Of a stretch of 64,000 nucleotides of DNA, positions 35,575 to 48,302 are shown in pieces. A model generated the notes under the pieces. It had not been told where the DNA came from, ran no database searches, and saw only the letters and a list, made by a program, of their open reading frames with translations. Position numbers and translations under genes: made by a program. Positions within the stretch are counted from its first letter, which is position 1. Each line of letters opens with the position of its first letter. This DNA comes from Hydrurus foetidus (taxonomy: Eukaryota). The stretch lies in assembly GCA_900617105.1 (NCBI GenBank), contig UYFQ01000417.1, forward strand, positions 1 to 64,000, read 5' to 3'.

Positions 35575-38236
35575 CTAAAACAATCTCTTTTCATCATGTT
35601 TTACGACCCCTTTTGCTGTGCGTTCTGCTCTTTTATTTTGATAGGTTTCAGCAGTATTCCAAGTGTCATGGAGAAAAATCAGGGCGCTTGCATTATCTGA
35701 GGTAAGTGACGATCGAAGTTTTGTGATAGTTAGACCTGCCATTGAGAAAACTCTCTCTGACGGGGCCGAAGTCGCAGGAATACACAAGACACGTCTAGCT
35801 AAGCTGCTTAATAGAGGCAAAGTTTTTTCTTTTTTCTTCCACCAAATTAGTGGATTATTCAATACCCTTACACCGTCCACTTTACAGGATAGAGCTATTG
35901 ACTCCATATTGTCTCTATAGTTCTGAATCTCTGCATCTATCTTACTTTGAAGGATAGCCTCGGAATGGACACGAACAGTTGGTCTGCGGATAGAGTTCCT
36001 CAAGTTAGAAAAGAGACCCCCATAGAGTTCATTATCACTATTCGTTTCATTAGCTTCATCCTCTGGGATCTCATCTACGGAAGTGTCACTTTCTTTTGCT
36101 ATCCTCAGCACCTCTCCTCGAATGTGATTGACTATTTGATCCACATCCGCCTGTGGAATACATGACATATCTTTCGTTCTAGGATCTAGGAAGGAAGCCA
36201 TTAAAGTCTTCTTGGGAATCCCCTTCTGCCTCTGTCTTGGACCGTACGTTTCATTCTCTGTGAATATTGTTCCAGTATCGCCCGATCCCCAGTAGATATT
36301 AAAACCGTTTGTAACATCTGTAAGCAATTTATCGATAAGACGTTTTATACTATCATCTTCTGTTGCTTCGAGGATATTCCCCAGTCCACCTCTTATTGTG
36401 TGAATGATGTAGGCGACTAGGCTGTTAGAGACATACTTTTGACCCTCTAATGCCCTTTGTGCGGCCATGAATGGTTGTAGAATGCTTTCCAACTGACGGA
36501 GCTCGCTGATTTCTACGACGGTTAACATCTCACTTTGCATCAAGGAACCCCGGGTGACTAGCCTATCCAAGTACGTCAGTAAAGACAAGAACCGCTGTAT
36601 CATCTGATACGTTGACCACCATCTTGTGCAGACATCCTGAATAAATTTAAGTGGTACTGCGACCTCATTCACCAGCTGAACCTTCTTGAGAAGGTCGGAG
36701 AGCTGTGTAGAGTTTGAAAATGTACCAATCAAATGTCTTGCACGTTTGCATGCATCTGAGTGTCCATCGAAGCACTGTTTCTGTGTTGATATGGAGTTAG
36801 GCAAACATCAGAAACACAATTCATGCGCAACAGTTGAATTCAATATCTTACCGTCGTCAGCTCCAGTACATGTGCTATACAGTAATGATGATCGCCTCCA
36901 ATAATTTTACCCAGTAAGGTCATGGTGCTCTCGGTATCCGTCACCAGGGCAACTGCATCGTTCATTTCAAGGTCGTATAACGTAAGGGCTTTATTGATTT
37001 CCTTTTTGCACTCGACTGCTGTGGTCTTGCCGGGATGCTCCTTGCAAGTTAAAGTCATAGATATGAGTTCCCAGTCTTTATTTATAAAGTGACATGTGAC
37101 TGCTATGAAATGCGTCTTAGCATTGCTGGTCCAATGGTCCGATGTCAAAGCGAATTTTTCTCCCGCTAGCATATTTTTGAGTATTTCAATAACGATGTTC
37201 TCAACTTGAGTTAGTTTCTTGGTGACGTAATGTCTATCTAGAGGAACGTAATCACCCTTCAGTCCTACACTGTAATCTAAAGGAACATAAAAATACGGTT
37301 AGATGCCGTTTGGGATGAAACTGTAAGTATTGAATTGTGCGACAGTCAAAAAAGGAGTCATTAATTCGGAAGACTCACCGTTGAATTCTGGGTACGAGCA
37401 AAGTGCGAGTGGAAGATAGTTCATAACACACATTTTCAAATATCTGTAAAGGTTATCATCTCTTGCACCAGTCCTCAAATATTCGACCATCGTTTTCGAC
37501 CCCCATTATTGATCAGTTTCGTTGCGGCATCTTTCTGCCATTCTTTCACAATAGAAGGGTGGCATTTCGCTAAATGTCTCTCCAACTTGGTCGTTGATTT
37601 GTCGTAGAATACAACCCATCGAATAGTTGGATCACTTTTTGCCTCTTCTTTACAGATGTTGCAGGACGCCTCGTAGTTCTGCTGCTGGAGGTATGAGTCC
37701 TCTTTGGTAAACCTCTTGAAGTGATCCCAAAGCCAAGTAGAGCCTTTGAATGCTTCTACATCGGTGGATAGTGCGCAACGCTTTTCTTCACCGGCGCCCC
37801 ACTTCACTCTCACAGGAAGTGTCTCCAGAGGTGCTGCACCTGATATCTTCCTTCTTTTAACGCTTTGAGGAAATTGTGAAAAGATTGGGGCAACTCTGAG
37901 TGCGTTCGTTGGTGTAGCGACAATTTGGAAACTACTTGAGCTACTCGAGCTGCTGGAGCTACTTGAGCTATTTGAGCTACTTGTTGGGGGGGTCTCCCAT
38001 GCCGATGCAAACGATAGTTCAAGTGGACTTGCGATGAAAGAACTGTCAGAAGAAAGATCTGAGAACCTCCGAGAAGCAAGTGACTCGATGGAAGTCAATT
38101 CGGCCACATTTGATTCTCCACATCTGTGCTTGCTGGCAGGTATATGATACTCACAGAAGCATTTGTGACAGAGATCGCAGTCTTCGAAAAAATTCGCTTT
38201 ACATGCAGAGTACTCGCACTTGAAACTTACGGACAT
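35575..38236 (-). pseudogene. hAT transposase copy 1 (1-bp deletion near 37500)
   Basis: Same exons as copy 2, but TCGACCCCC replaces TCGACTCCCC and shifts exon 1. Confidence 0.88.
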
Positions 38237-38654
38237 TTGGGCAATTGAAATCAACGACTGGATGGAATCTCGACGAACACTTCTGCCGTCTGCGATCGAT
38301 AATGTGAAGATTGGTTGAAAGTTGAGAGTTGAAAGATTTGAGTTGGAAGTTGGAAGTGACGGTCAACAAGAATTCAAAATTGAGGATTGAGGACCTTTCG
38401 TTTCCAGTACGACGATATCAGTTTCTGTCTGCGATTGGTATTGTGAGGATAGGTGGAGAGTTGAGCGATGAGAATTGAAAGCTGCGGACAACAGGAATTC
38501 AAAATTCAAAACTGAGGATTTTTCGTTCGGAGTACGATAAAACAGTCAAAAAATCGTATACAGAAAAAACGTATTTATGGAACTCGCATCATTTACATTT
38601 CATACATCACCCTTGTACACAAAACGATATTATTTTAGAATTAATAAACAATGC

Positions 38655-39360
38655 ATGAGTCGAATCGCTTCCAATTTCGGCGCACCAGACTTCGAATTTT
38701 ACATCGCGCCTATTTACCCATTTGTCGGATTCAACAAATGTAGAAGTCGGATCGCTGTCGAGTTCTGCGCACCGGACTTTGAATTTTACATCGCGCCTAC
38801 GGCAACAACTTGCGGAGTCAACACATGTAGGAGTCGGATCGGTTGGGGTTCTGCGCACCAGACTTTAAGTCGTACATCGCGCCCGTCGGAGTCATCACAT
38901 GTAGGAGTCAGATCACTGTCGAGTTCTGCGCACCGGACTTTGAATTTTAAATCACGCCTACAGCAACAACTGTCGGAGTCAACACATGTAGGAGTCGGAT
39001 CAGTTAAGGTTCTGCGCACCAGACTTTGAGTTCTACATTGCGCCCATTATTGCGGTTGTCTGTGCCATCTCGCAGCTGCTGCTGATCAATCGCCAGTTTT
39101 CCGTTGTGTGTCGCAACAAGAAGGAGTCGAATCGCTGCATCGTTGTGCACACCAGACTTTGAGTTTTACAAGTGGCCCTTCCATGAAGCTCCATGAGCCA
39201 TCATATATACGAGTCAAATCGCTGCTCAGTTCTGCGCACCAGACTTTGAAAACGACTGACCAAGGCATCTCGGAGCTGAGGCTAATCAATTCCTACAAAT
39301 TGAAGTGGGTCGCAACAAGTAGGAGTCGAATCGCTGCCCAGTTCTATACACCAGACTTAT
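38655..39360. repeat. Degenerate ~80-90-bp repeats upstream of the hAT transposase (also at 44275-44980)
   Basis: Recurrent GAGTCGGATC...TTCTGCGCACCAGACTTTGA...TACATCGCGCC. Confidence 0.85.
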
Positions 39361-40059
39361 GCGTTCTATGCAACCCCCTCTCAAATGGGCTTCACGCAAT
39401 TTGTCGTGGCTCTTCCAGCAATTTGAGTTCCGTCATGAATGCAGTTCAGAAAATTTCTCTATTTCCCAGAAGAAAGCAAGAACTGCAGAACTGCTCAATG
39501 TCCAACATGAAATTTCCGGCACCTGAGCGAAAATTAGTGGCATCACAGAATCCACTGACGCCTAAGTCCATCTTCTGTCATCATGACCTGCCCTTCGGCA
39601 ATGGAATGATATGCAGAAGTTAGTAGTGGGTAGTGGTGTAGTGGTGTAGGTGTAGAGTTGACGTAGTTGACTGAGTACTTTGGCCGAGCTGGCCGAGCTG
39701 GCCGAGCTGGCTGAGTTGGCCGAGCTGGCCGAGCTGGCTGAGCTGGCCGAGCTGGCCGAGCTGGCCGAGCAGGCCGAGTACTGGCCGAGTTGGCCGAGTT
39801 GGCCGAGATGGCCGAGAAAATGAAATTCAGCTCGACCAAGACCTCGGCCAGTGGCCGAGGCCGAGCTGGCCGAGCTGAACTCGGCCCGGCCACCAGCCCT
39901 AAGTTTCAGCCCACAAGAAGGAGATGCGAAACGACAAACGATGTTCTATGCTCCGTAGGGGTGGTGGCCGAGCTTGCCGACCCTCCTCGGCCAGGCCGAG
40001 CTTAGTTCATGATCAGCTCGGCCACGGCCGAGGCGCCACTCGGCCACATTTCTTGGCCG

Positions 40060-41071
40060 AAGCTGGCCGAGCCATTTCGGCCTGGCCGAGCCATTTCGGC
40101 CTGGCCGAGCTAGTTCAGTCTGGCCGAGCTAGTTCAGTCTGGCCGAGCTAGTTCGGTCTGGCCGAGCCATTTCGGCCTGGCCGAGCCATTTCGGTCTGGC
40201 CGAGCCATTTCGGTCTGGCCGAGCCAGTTCGGCCTGGCCGAGCTAGTTCGGTCTGGCTGAGCTAGTTCAGTCTGGCCGAGCTAGTTCAGTCTGGCCGAGC
40301 TAGTTCGGTCTGGCCGAGCCATTTCGGTCTGGCCGAGCCATTTCGGTCTGGCCGAGCCATTTCGGTCTGGCCGAGCCATTTCGGTCTGGCCGAGCCATTT
40401 CGGTCTGGCCGAGCCATTTCGGCCTGGCCGAGCCAGTTCGGTCTGGCCGAGCTAGTTCAGTCTGGCCGAGCTAGTTCGGTCTGGCCGAGCCATTTCGGTC
40501 TGGCCGAGCCATTTCGGTCTGGCCGAGCCATTTCGGTCTGGCCGAGCTATTTCGGTCTGGCCGAGCCATTTCGGTCTGGCCGAGCCATTTCGGCCTGGCC
40601 GAGCCATTTCGGCCTGGCCGAGCCATTTCGGCCTGGCCGAGCTATTTCGCTCTGGCCGAGCTAGTTCGGTCTGGCCGAGCGAGTTCGGTCTGGCTGAGCC
40701 ATTTCGGCCTGGCCGAGCCATTTGGGTCTGGCCGAGTCATTCGGTCTGGCTAGTCATTTGGGCCTGGCCGAGCTAGTTCGGCCTGGCCGAGCTAGTTCGG
40801 TCTGGCCGAAATGGCTCGGCCAGACAAAGCTAGCTCGGCCTGGCCGAGCTAGTTCGGTCTGGCCGAAATAGTTCGGCCTGGCCGAGCTAGTTCGGTCTGG
40901 CCGAGCTAGTTCGGTCTGGCCGAGCCATTTCGGTCTGGCCGAGCCATTTCGGTCTGGCCGAGCCATTTCGGTCTGGCCGAGCTAGTTCGGTCTGGCCGAG
41001 CCATTTGGGTCTGGCCGAGTCATTTGGGTCTGGCCGAGTTATTTGGATCTGGCCGAGCCATTTGGGTCTGG
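40060..41071. repeat. hAT subterminal minisatellite, copy 2
   Basis: Same unit as 34830-35437, longer array. Confidence 0.95.
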
Positions 41072-41192
41072 CATGACGGTACAATGTATGACCGAAAGAT
41101 GTTTTTTGAGATCACACCAAGGTCTTCCCACTGAGACAAGAAGTGTATCTTCTTCATCGAAATAACAAAAAATGTTAGTATTAATATAAAGT

Positions 41193-43855
41193 CTAAAACA
41201 ATCTCTTTTCATCATGTTTTACGACCCCTTTTGCTGTGCGTTCTGCTCTTTTATTTTGATAGGTTTCAGCAGTATTCCAAGTGTCATGGAGAAAAATCAG
41301 GGCGCTTGCATTATCTGAGGTAAGTGACGATCGAAGTTTTGTGATAGTTAGACCTGCCATTGAGAAAACTCTCTCTGACGGGGCCGAAGTCGCAGGAATA
41401 CACAAGACACGTCTAGCTAAGCTGCTTAATAGAGGCAAAGTTTTTTCTTTTTTCTTCCACCAAATTAGTGGATTATTCAATACCCTTACACCGTCCACTT
41501 TACAGGATAGAGCTATTGACTCCATATTGTCTCTATAGTTCTGAATCTCTGCATCTATCTTACTTTGAAGGATAGCCTCGGAATGGACACGAACAGTTGG
41601 TCTGCGGATAGAGTTCCTCAAGTTAGAAAAGAGACCCCCATAGAGTTCATTATCACTATTCGTTTCATTAGCTTCATCCTCTGGGATCTCATCTACGGAA
41701 GTGTCACTTTCTTTTGCTATCCTCAGCACCTCTCCTCGAATGTGATTGACTATTTGATCCACATCCGCCTGTGGAATACATGACATATCTTTCGTTCTAG
41801 GATCTAGGAAGGAAGCCATTAAAGTCTTCTTGGGAATCCCCTTCTGCCTCTGTCTTGGACCGTACGTTTCATTCTCTGTGAATATTGTTCCAGTATCGCC
41901 CGATCCCCAGTAGATATTAAAACCGTTTGTAACATCTGTAAGCAATTTATCGATAAGACGTTTTATACTATCATCTTCTGTTGCTTCGAGGATATTCCCC
42001 AGTCCACCTCTTATTGTGTGAATGATGTAGGCGACTAGGCTGTTAGAGACATACTTTTGACCCTCTAATGCCCTTTGTGCGGCCATGAATGGTTGTAGAA
42101 TGCTTTCCAACTGACGGAGCTCGCTGATTTCTACGACGGTTAACATCTCACTTTGCATCAAGGAACCCCGGGTGACTAGCCTATCCAAGTACGTCAGTAA
42201 AGACAAGAACCGCTGTATCATCTGATACGTTGACCACCATCTTGTGCAGACATCCTGAATAAATTTAAGTGGTACTGCGACCTCATTCACCAGCTGAACC
42301 TTCTTGAGAAGGTCGGAGAGCTGTGTAGAGTTTGAAAATGTACCAATCAAATGTCTTGCACGTTTGCATGCATCTGAGTGTCCATCGAAGCACTGTTTCT
42401 GCGATGATATGGAGTTAGGCAAACATCAGAAACACAATTCATGCGCAACAGTTGAATTCAATATCTTACCGTCGTCAGCTCCAGTACATGTGCTATACAG
42501 TAATGATGATCGCCTCCAATAATTTTACCCAGTAAGGTCATGGTGCTCTCGGTATCCGTCACCAGGGCAACTGCATCGTTCATTTCAAGGTCGTATAACG
42601 TAAGGGCTTTATTGATTTCCTTTTTGCACTCGACTGCTGTGGTCTTGCCGGGATGCTCCTTGCAAGTTAAAGTCATAGATATGAGTTCCCAGTCTTTATT
42701 TATAAAGTGACATGTGACTGCTATGAAATGCGTCTTAGCATTGCTGGTCCAATGGTCCGATGTCAAAGCGAATTTTTCTCCCGCTAGCATATTTTTGAGT
42801 ATTTCAATAACGATGTTCTCAACTTGAGTTAGTTTCTTGGTGACGTAATGTCTATCTAGAGGAACGTAATCACCCTTCAGTCCTACACTGTAATCTAAAG
42901 GAACATAAAAATACGGTTAGATGCCGTTTGGGATGAAACTGTAAGTATTGAATTGTGCGACAGTCAAAAAAGGAGTCATTAATTCGGAAGACTCACCGTT
43001 GAATTCTGGGTACGAGCAAAGTGCGAGTGGAAGATAGTTCATAACACACATTTTCAAATATCTGTAAAGGTTATCATCTCTTGCGCCAGTCCTCAAATAT
43101 TCGACCATCGTTTTCGACTCCCCATTATTGATCAGTTTCGTTGCGACATCTTTCTGCCATTCTTTCACAATAGAAGGGTGGCATTTCGCTAAATGTCTCT
43201 CCAACTTGGTCGTTGATTTGTCGTAGAATACAACCCATCGAATAGTTGGATCACTTTTTGCCTCCTCTTTACAGATGTTGCAGGACGCCTCATAGTTCTG
43301 CTGCTGGAGGTATGAGTCCTCTTTGGTAAACCTCTTGAAGTGATCCCAAAGCCAAGTAGAGCCTTTGAATGCTTCTACATCGGTGGATAGTGCGCAACGC
43401 TTTTCTTCACCGGCGCCCCACTTCACTCTCACAGGAAGTGTCTCCAGAGGTGCTGCACCTGATATCTTCCTTCTTTTAACGCTTTGAGGAAATTGTGAAA
43501 AGATTGGGGCAACTCTGAGTGCGTTCGTTGGTGTAGCGACAATTTGGAAACTACTTGAGCTACTCGAGCTGCTGGAGCTACTTGAGCTACTTGAGCTACT
43601 TGTTGGAGGGGTCTCCCATGCCGATGCAAACGATAGTTCAAGTGGACTTGCGATGAAAGAACTGTCAGAAGAAAGATCTGAGAACCTCCGAGAAGCAAGT
43701 GACTCGATGGAAGTCAATTCCGCCACATTTGATTCTCCACATCTGTGCTTGCTGGCAGGTATATGATACTCACAGAAGCATTTGTGACAGAGATCGCAGT
43801 CTTCGAAAAAATTCGCTTTACATGCAGAGTACTCGCACTTGAAACTTACGGACAT
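41193..43855 (-). CDS. hAT transposase (AN1-like finger, BED finger, DDE core, hATC dimerisation domain), 3 exons
   Basis: BED finger WDHF..CNIC..STTKLERHLAKCH; LTSDHWTS; LVTDTES; CIAHVLEL; DVCTRWWSTYQM; FLDPR; PLIWWK..LARRVLCIPATSAPSERVFS. Introns at about 42997-42891 and 42468-42399. Confidence 0.93.
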
Positions 43856-45699
43856 TTGGGCAATTGAAATCAACGACTGGATGGAATCTCGATGAACACT
43901 TCTGCCGTCTGCGATCGATAATGTGAAGATTGGTTGAAAGTTGAGAGTTGAAAGATTTGAGTTGGAAGTTGGAAGTGACGGTCAACAGGAATTCAAAATT
44001 GAGGATTGAGGACCTTTCGTTTCCAGTACGACGATATCAGTTTCTGTCTGCGATTGGTATTGTGAGGATAGGTGGAGAGTTGAGCGATGAGAATTGAAAG
44101 CTGCGGACAACAGGAATTCAAAATTCAAAACTGAGGATTTTTCGTTCGGAGTACGATAAAACAGTCAAAAAATCGTATACAGAAAAAACGTATTTATGGA
44201 ACTCGCATCATTTACATTTCATACATCACCCTTGTACACAAAACGATATTATTTCAGAATTAATAAACAATGCATGAGTCGAATCGCTGCCTATTTCGGC
44301 GCACCAGACTTGGAATTTTACATCGCGCCTATTTACACATCTGTCGGATTCAACAAATGTAGAAGTCGGATCGCTGTCGAGTTCTGCGCACCGGACTTTG
44401 AATTTTACATCGCGCCTACAGCAACAACTGCGGAGTCAACACATGTAGGAGTCGGATCGGTTGGGGTTCTGCGCACCAGACTTTAAGTCGTACATCGCGC
44501 CCGTCGGAGTCACACATGTAGGAGTCAGATCACTGTCGAGTTCTGCGCACCGGACTTTGAATTTTAAATCACGCCTACAGCAACAACTGTCGGAGTCAAC
44601 ACATGTAGGAGTCGGATCAGTTAAGGTTCTGCGCACCAGACTTTGAGTTCTACATTGCGCCCATTATTGCGGTTGTCTGTGCCATCTCGCAGCTGCTGCT
44701 GATCAATCGCCAGTTTTCCGTTGTGTGTCGCAACAAGAAGGAGTCGAATCGCTGCATCGTTGTGCACACCAGACTTTGAGTTTTACAAGTGGCCCTTCCA
44801 TGAAGCTCCATGAGCCATCATATATACGAGTCAAATCGCTGCTCAGTTCTGCGCACCAGACTTTGAAAACGACTGACCAAGGCATCTCGGAGCTGAGGCT
44901 GATCAATTCCTACAAATTGAAGTGGGTCGCAACAAGTAGCAGTCGAATCGCTGCCCAGTTCTATACACCAGACTTATGCGTTCTATGCAACCCCCTCTCA
45001 AATGGGCTTCACGCAATTTGTCGTGGCTCTTCCAGCAATTTGAGTTCCGTCGTGAATGCAGTTCAGAAAATTTCTCTATTTCCCAGAAGAAAGCATGAAC
45101 TGCAGAACTGCTCAATGTCCAACATGAAATTTCCGGCACCTGAGCGAAAATTAGTGGCATCACAGAATCCACTGACGCCTAAGTCCATCTTCTGTGATCA
45201 TGACCTGCCCTTCGGCAATGGAATGATATGCAGAAGTTAGTAGTGGGTAGTGGGTAGTGGTGTAGGGTGTAGGTGTAGGTGTAGAGTTGACGTAGTTGAC
45301 TGAGTACTTTGGCCGAGCTGGCCGAGCTGGCCGAGCTGGCTGAGTTGGCCGAGCTGGCCGAGCTGGCTGAGTTGGCCGAGCTGGCCGAGCTGGCCGAGCT
45401 GGCCGAGCAGGCCGAGTACTGGCCGAGTTGGCCGAGTTGGCCGAGATGGCCGAGAAAATGAAATTCAGCTCGACCAAGACCTCGGCCAGTGGCCGAGGCC
45501 GAGCTGGCCGAGCTGAACTCGGCCCGGCCACCAGCCCTAAGTTTCAGCCCACAAGAAGGAGATGCGAAACGACAAACGATGTTCTATGCTCCGTAGGGGT
45601 GGTGGCCGAGCTTACCGACCCTCCTCGGCCAGGCCGAGCTTAGTTCATGATCAGCTCGGCCACGGCCGAGGCGCCACTCGGCCACATTTCTTGGCCGAA

Positions 45700-47198
45700 G
45701 CTGGCCGAGCCATTTCGGCCTGGCCGAGCCATTTCTGTCTGGTCGAGCCATTTCCGCCTGGCCGAGCTAGTTCGGTCTGGCCGAGCTAGTTCGGTCTGGC
45801 CGAGCCATTTCGGCCTGGCCGAGCCATTTCGGCCTGGCCGAGCCATTTCGGTCTGGCCGAGTCATTTCGGTCTGGCCGAGTCATTCGGGTCTGGCCGAGT
45901 CATTTGGGTCTGGCCGAGCTAGTTCGGTCTGGCCGAGCCAGTTCAGTCTGGCCGAGCCAGTTCAGTCTGGCCGAGCTATTTCGGTCTGGCCGAGCCATTT
46001 CGGTCTGGCCGAAATGGCTCTGGCCAGTCAAATTTAGCTCGGCCAGACGAGCTGGCTCAGCTGCCATTTCGGTCTGGCCGAGCCATTTCGGTCTGGCCGA
46101 GCCAGTTCGGTCTGGCCGAGCTAGTTCGGTCTGGCCGAGCTATTTCGGTCTGGCCGAGCCATTTCGGTCTGGCCGAGCCATTTGGGTCTGGCCGAGTCAT
46201 TTTGGTCTGGCCGAGCATTCGGTCTGGCCGAGCCATTTCGGTCTGGCCGAGCATTTCGGTCTGGCCGAGCTAGTTCAGTCTGGCCGAGCATTTGGGTCTG
46301 GCCGAGTCATTTTGGTCTGGCCGAGTCATTCGGGTCTGGCTGAGTCATTTGGGTCTGGCCGAGTCATTTTGGTCTGGCCGAGTCATTTCGGGTCTGGCTG
46401 AGTCATTTGGGTCTGGCCGAGCCATTTCGGTCTGGCCGAGCTCATTCGGTCTGGCCGAGCATTTGGGTCTGGCCGAGCATTTCGGTCTGGCCGAGCCATT
46501 TCGGTCTGGCCGAGCCATTTCGGTCTGGCCGAGCCATTTCGGTCTGGCCGAGCCATTTCGGTCTGGCCGAGCCATTTCGGTCTGGCCGAGCCATTTCGGT
46601 CTGGCCGAGCATTCGGTCTGGCCGAGCTCATTTCGGTCTGGCCGAGTCATTTCGGTCTGGCCGAGCTATTTCGGTCTGGCCGAGCCATTTCGGTCTGGCC
46701 GAGCCATTTCGGTCTGGCCGAGCCATTTCGGTCTGGCCGAGCCATTTCGGTCTGGCCGAGCCATTTCGGCCTGGCCGAGCCAGTTCGGTCTGGCCGAGCT
46801 AGTTCAGTCTGGCCGAGCTAGTTCGGTCTGGCCGAGCCATTTCGGTCTGGCCGAGCCATTTCGGTCTGGCCGAGCTAGTTCGGTCTGGCCGAGCCATTTC
46901 GGCCAGACTGGCTCGAGCCGAACTAGGTCTGGCCGAGCCATACTCGGCTTCTCGGCCGACCCAAATGGCTCAGCCTGCCGAGCTAGTTCGGTCTGGCCGA
47001 GCCATTTCGGTCTGGCCGAGCCATTTCGGTCTGGCCGAGCCATTTCGGCCTGGCCGAGCCATTTCGGTCTGGCCGAGCCATTTCGCTCTGGCCGAGCTAG
47101 TTCGGCCTGGCCGAGCTAGTTCGGTCTGGCCAAGCCATTTGGGTCTGGCCGAGCCATTTCGGTCTGGCCGAGTCATTTGGGTCTGGCCGAGCCATTTC
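45700..47198. repeat. hAT subterminal minisatellite, copy 3
   Basis: Same unit; longest of the three arrays. Confidence 0.95.
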
Positions 47199-47336
47199 GT
47201 TCTGCATAGCCTGGGCATGACGGTACAATGTATGACCGAAAGATGTTTTTTGAGATCACACCAAGGTCTTCCCACTGAGACAAGAAGTGTATCTTCTTCA
47301 TCGAAATAACAAAAAATGTTAGTATTAATATAAATT

Positions 47337-47996
47337 CTAAAACAATCTCTTTTCATCATGTTTTACGACCCCTTTTGCTGTGCGTTCTGCTCTTTTATTT
47401 TGATAGATTTCAGCAGTATTCCAAGCGTCATGGAGAAAAATCAGGGCGCTTGCATCATCTGAGGTAAGTGACGATCGAAGTTTTGTGATAGTTAGACCTG
47501 CCATTGAGAAAACTCTCTCTGACGGGGCCGAAGTCGCAGGAATACACAAGACACGTCTAGCTAAGCTGCTTAATAGAGGCAAAGTTTTTTCTTTTTTCTT
47601 CCACCAAATTAGTGGATTATTCAATACCCTTACACCGTCCACTTTACAGGATAGAGCTATTGACTCCATATTGTCTCTATAGTTCTGAATCTCTGCATCT
47701 ACCTTACTTTGAAGGATAGCCTCGGAATGGACACGAACAGTTGGTCTGCGGATAGAGTTCCTCAAGTTAGAAAAGAGACCCCCATAGAGTTCATTATCAC
47801 TATTCGTTTCATTAGCTTCATCCTCTGGGATCTCATCTACGGAAGTGTCACTTTCTTTTGCTATCCTCAGCACCTCTCCTCGAATGTGATTGACTATTTG
47901 ATCCACATCCGCCTGTGGAATACATGACATATCTTTCGTTCTAGGATCTAGGAAGGAAGCCATTAAAGTCTTCTTGGGAATCCCCTTCTGCCTCTG
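47337..47996 (-). pseudogene. hAT transposase C-terminal fragment
   Basis: QRQKGIPKK...HDEKRLF matches copies 1 and 2 with a few substitutions. Confidence 0.9.
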
Positions 47997-48302
47997 TTTG
48001 GCAGTGGACACACACCCCCGAACAGTACATTCCGACATTCCGAACATCGACACACTCAACCCAATCTTCAAACATCACAATCCTAAAGGTAGACATTCTT
48101 TCACACAGCATAGAATTCACTCCTGAGCAGCTGATAACCTCGACAACGTCAGGACAATCAAGGTGCTGCTGTTCAATTCTGAAATCGGACAAAAATTGAC
48201 TTCAAAATCGATTTGACAATATCGAATTTTGAAAATTTTATCATCTCATCATCGTTTTTCACATTACAATCGAATGCAGTCATAAAAGGAGAGAGCTCGT
48301 AG

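Larger units (their letters stand above)
32256..39901 (-). mobile_element. hAT DNA transposon copy 1 (with nested Harbinger; transposase frameshifted)
   Basis: 15-bp imperfect TIRs TAGGG(G/C)TGGTGGCCG, GGCCGAG subterminal arrays, transposase on the minus strand. Confidence 0.93.
39956..45539 (-). mobile_element. hAT DNA transposon copy 2, apparently intact
   Basis: Both TIRs, subterminal arrays and an uninterrupted three-exon transposase; near-identical to copy 1. Confidence 0.95.

Noticed and set aside
34830..47198. CRISPR-like appearance of the repeat arrays (18-bp units; 80-90-bp units at 38655-39360)
   Set aside because: No unique spacers and no cas genes, in a eukaryotic context; they are transposon-internal tandem repeats.
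34603..47359. Many ORFs reading ARPDRNGSARPKWLGQTE / WPSHFGLAE
   Set aside because: These are translations of the stop-poor hAT minisatellite in several frames, with no sign of real coding.
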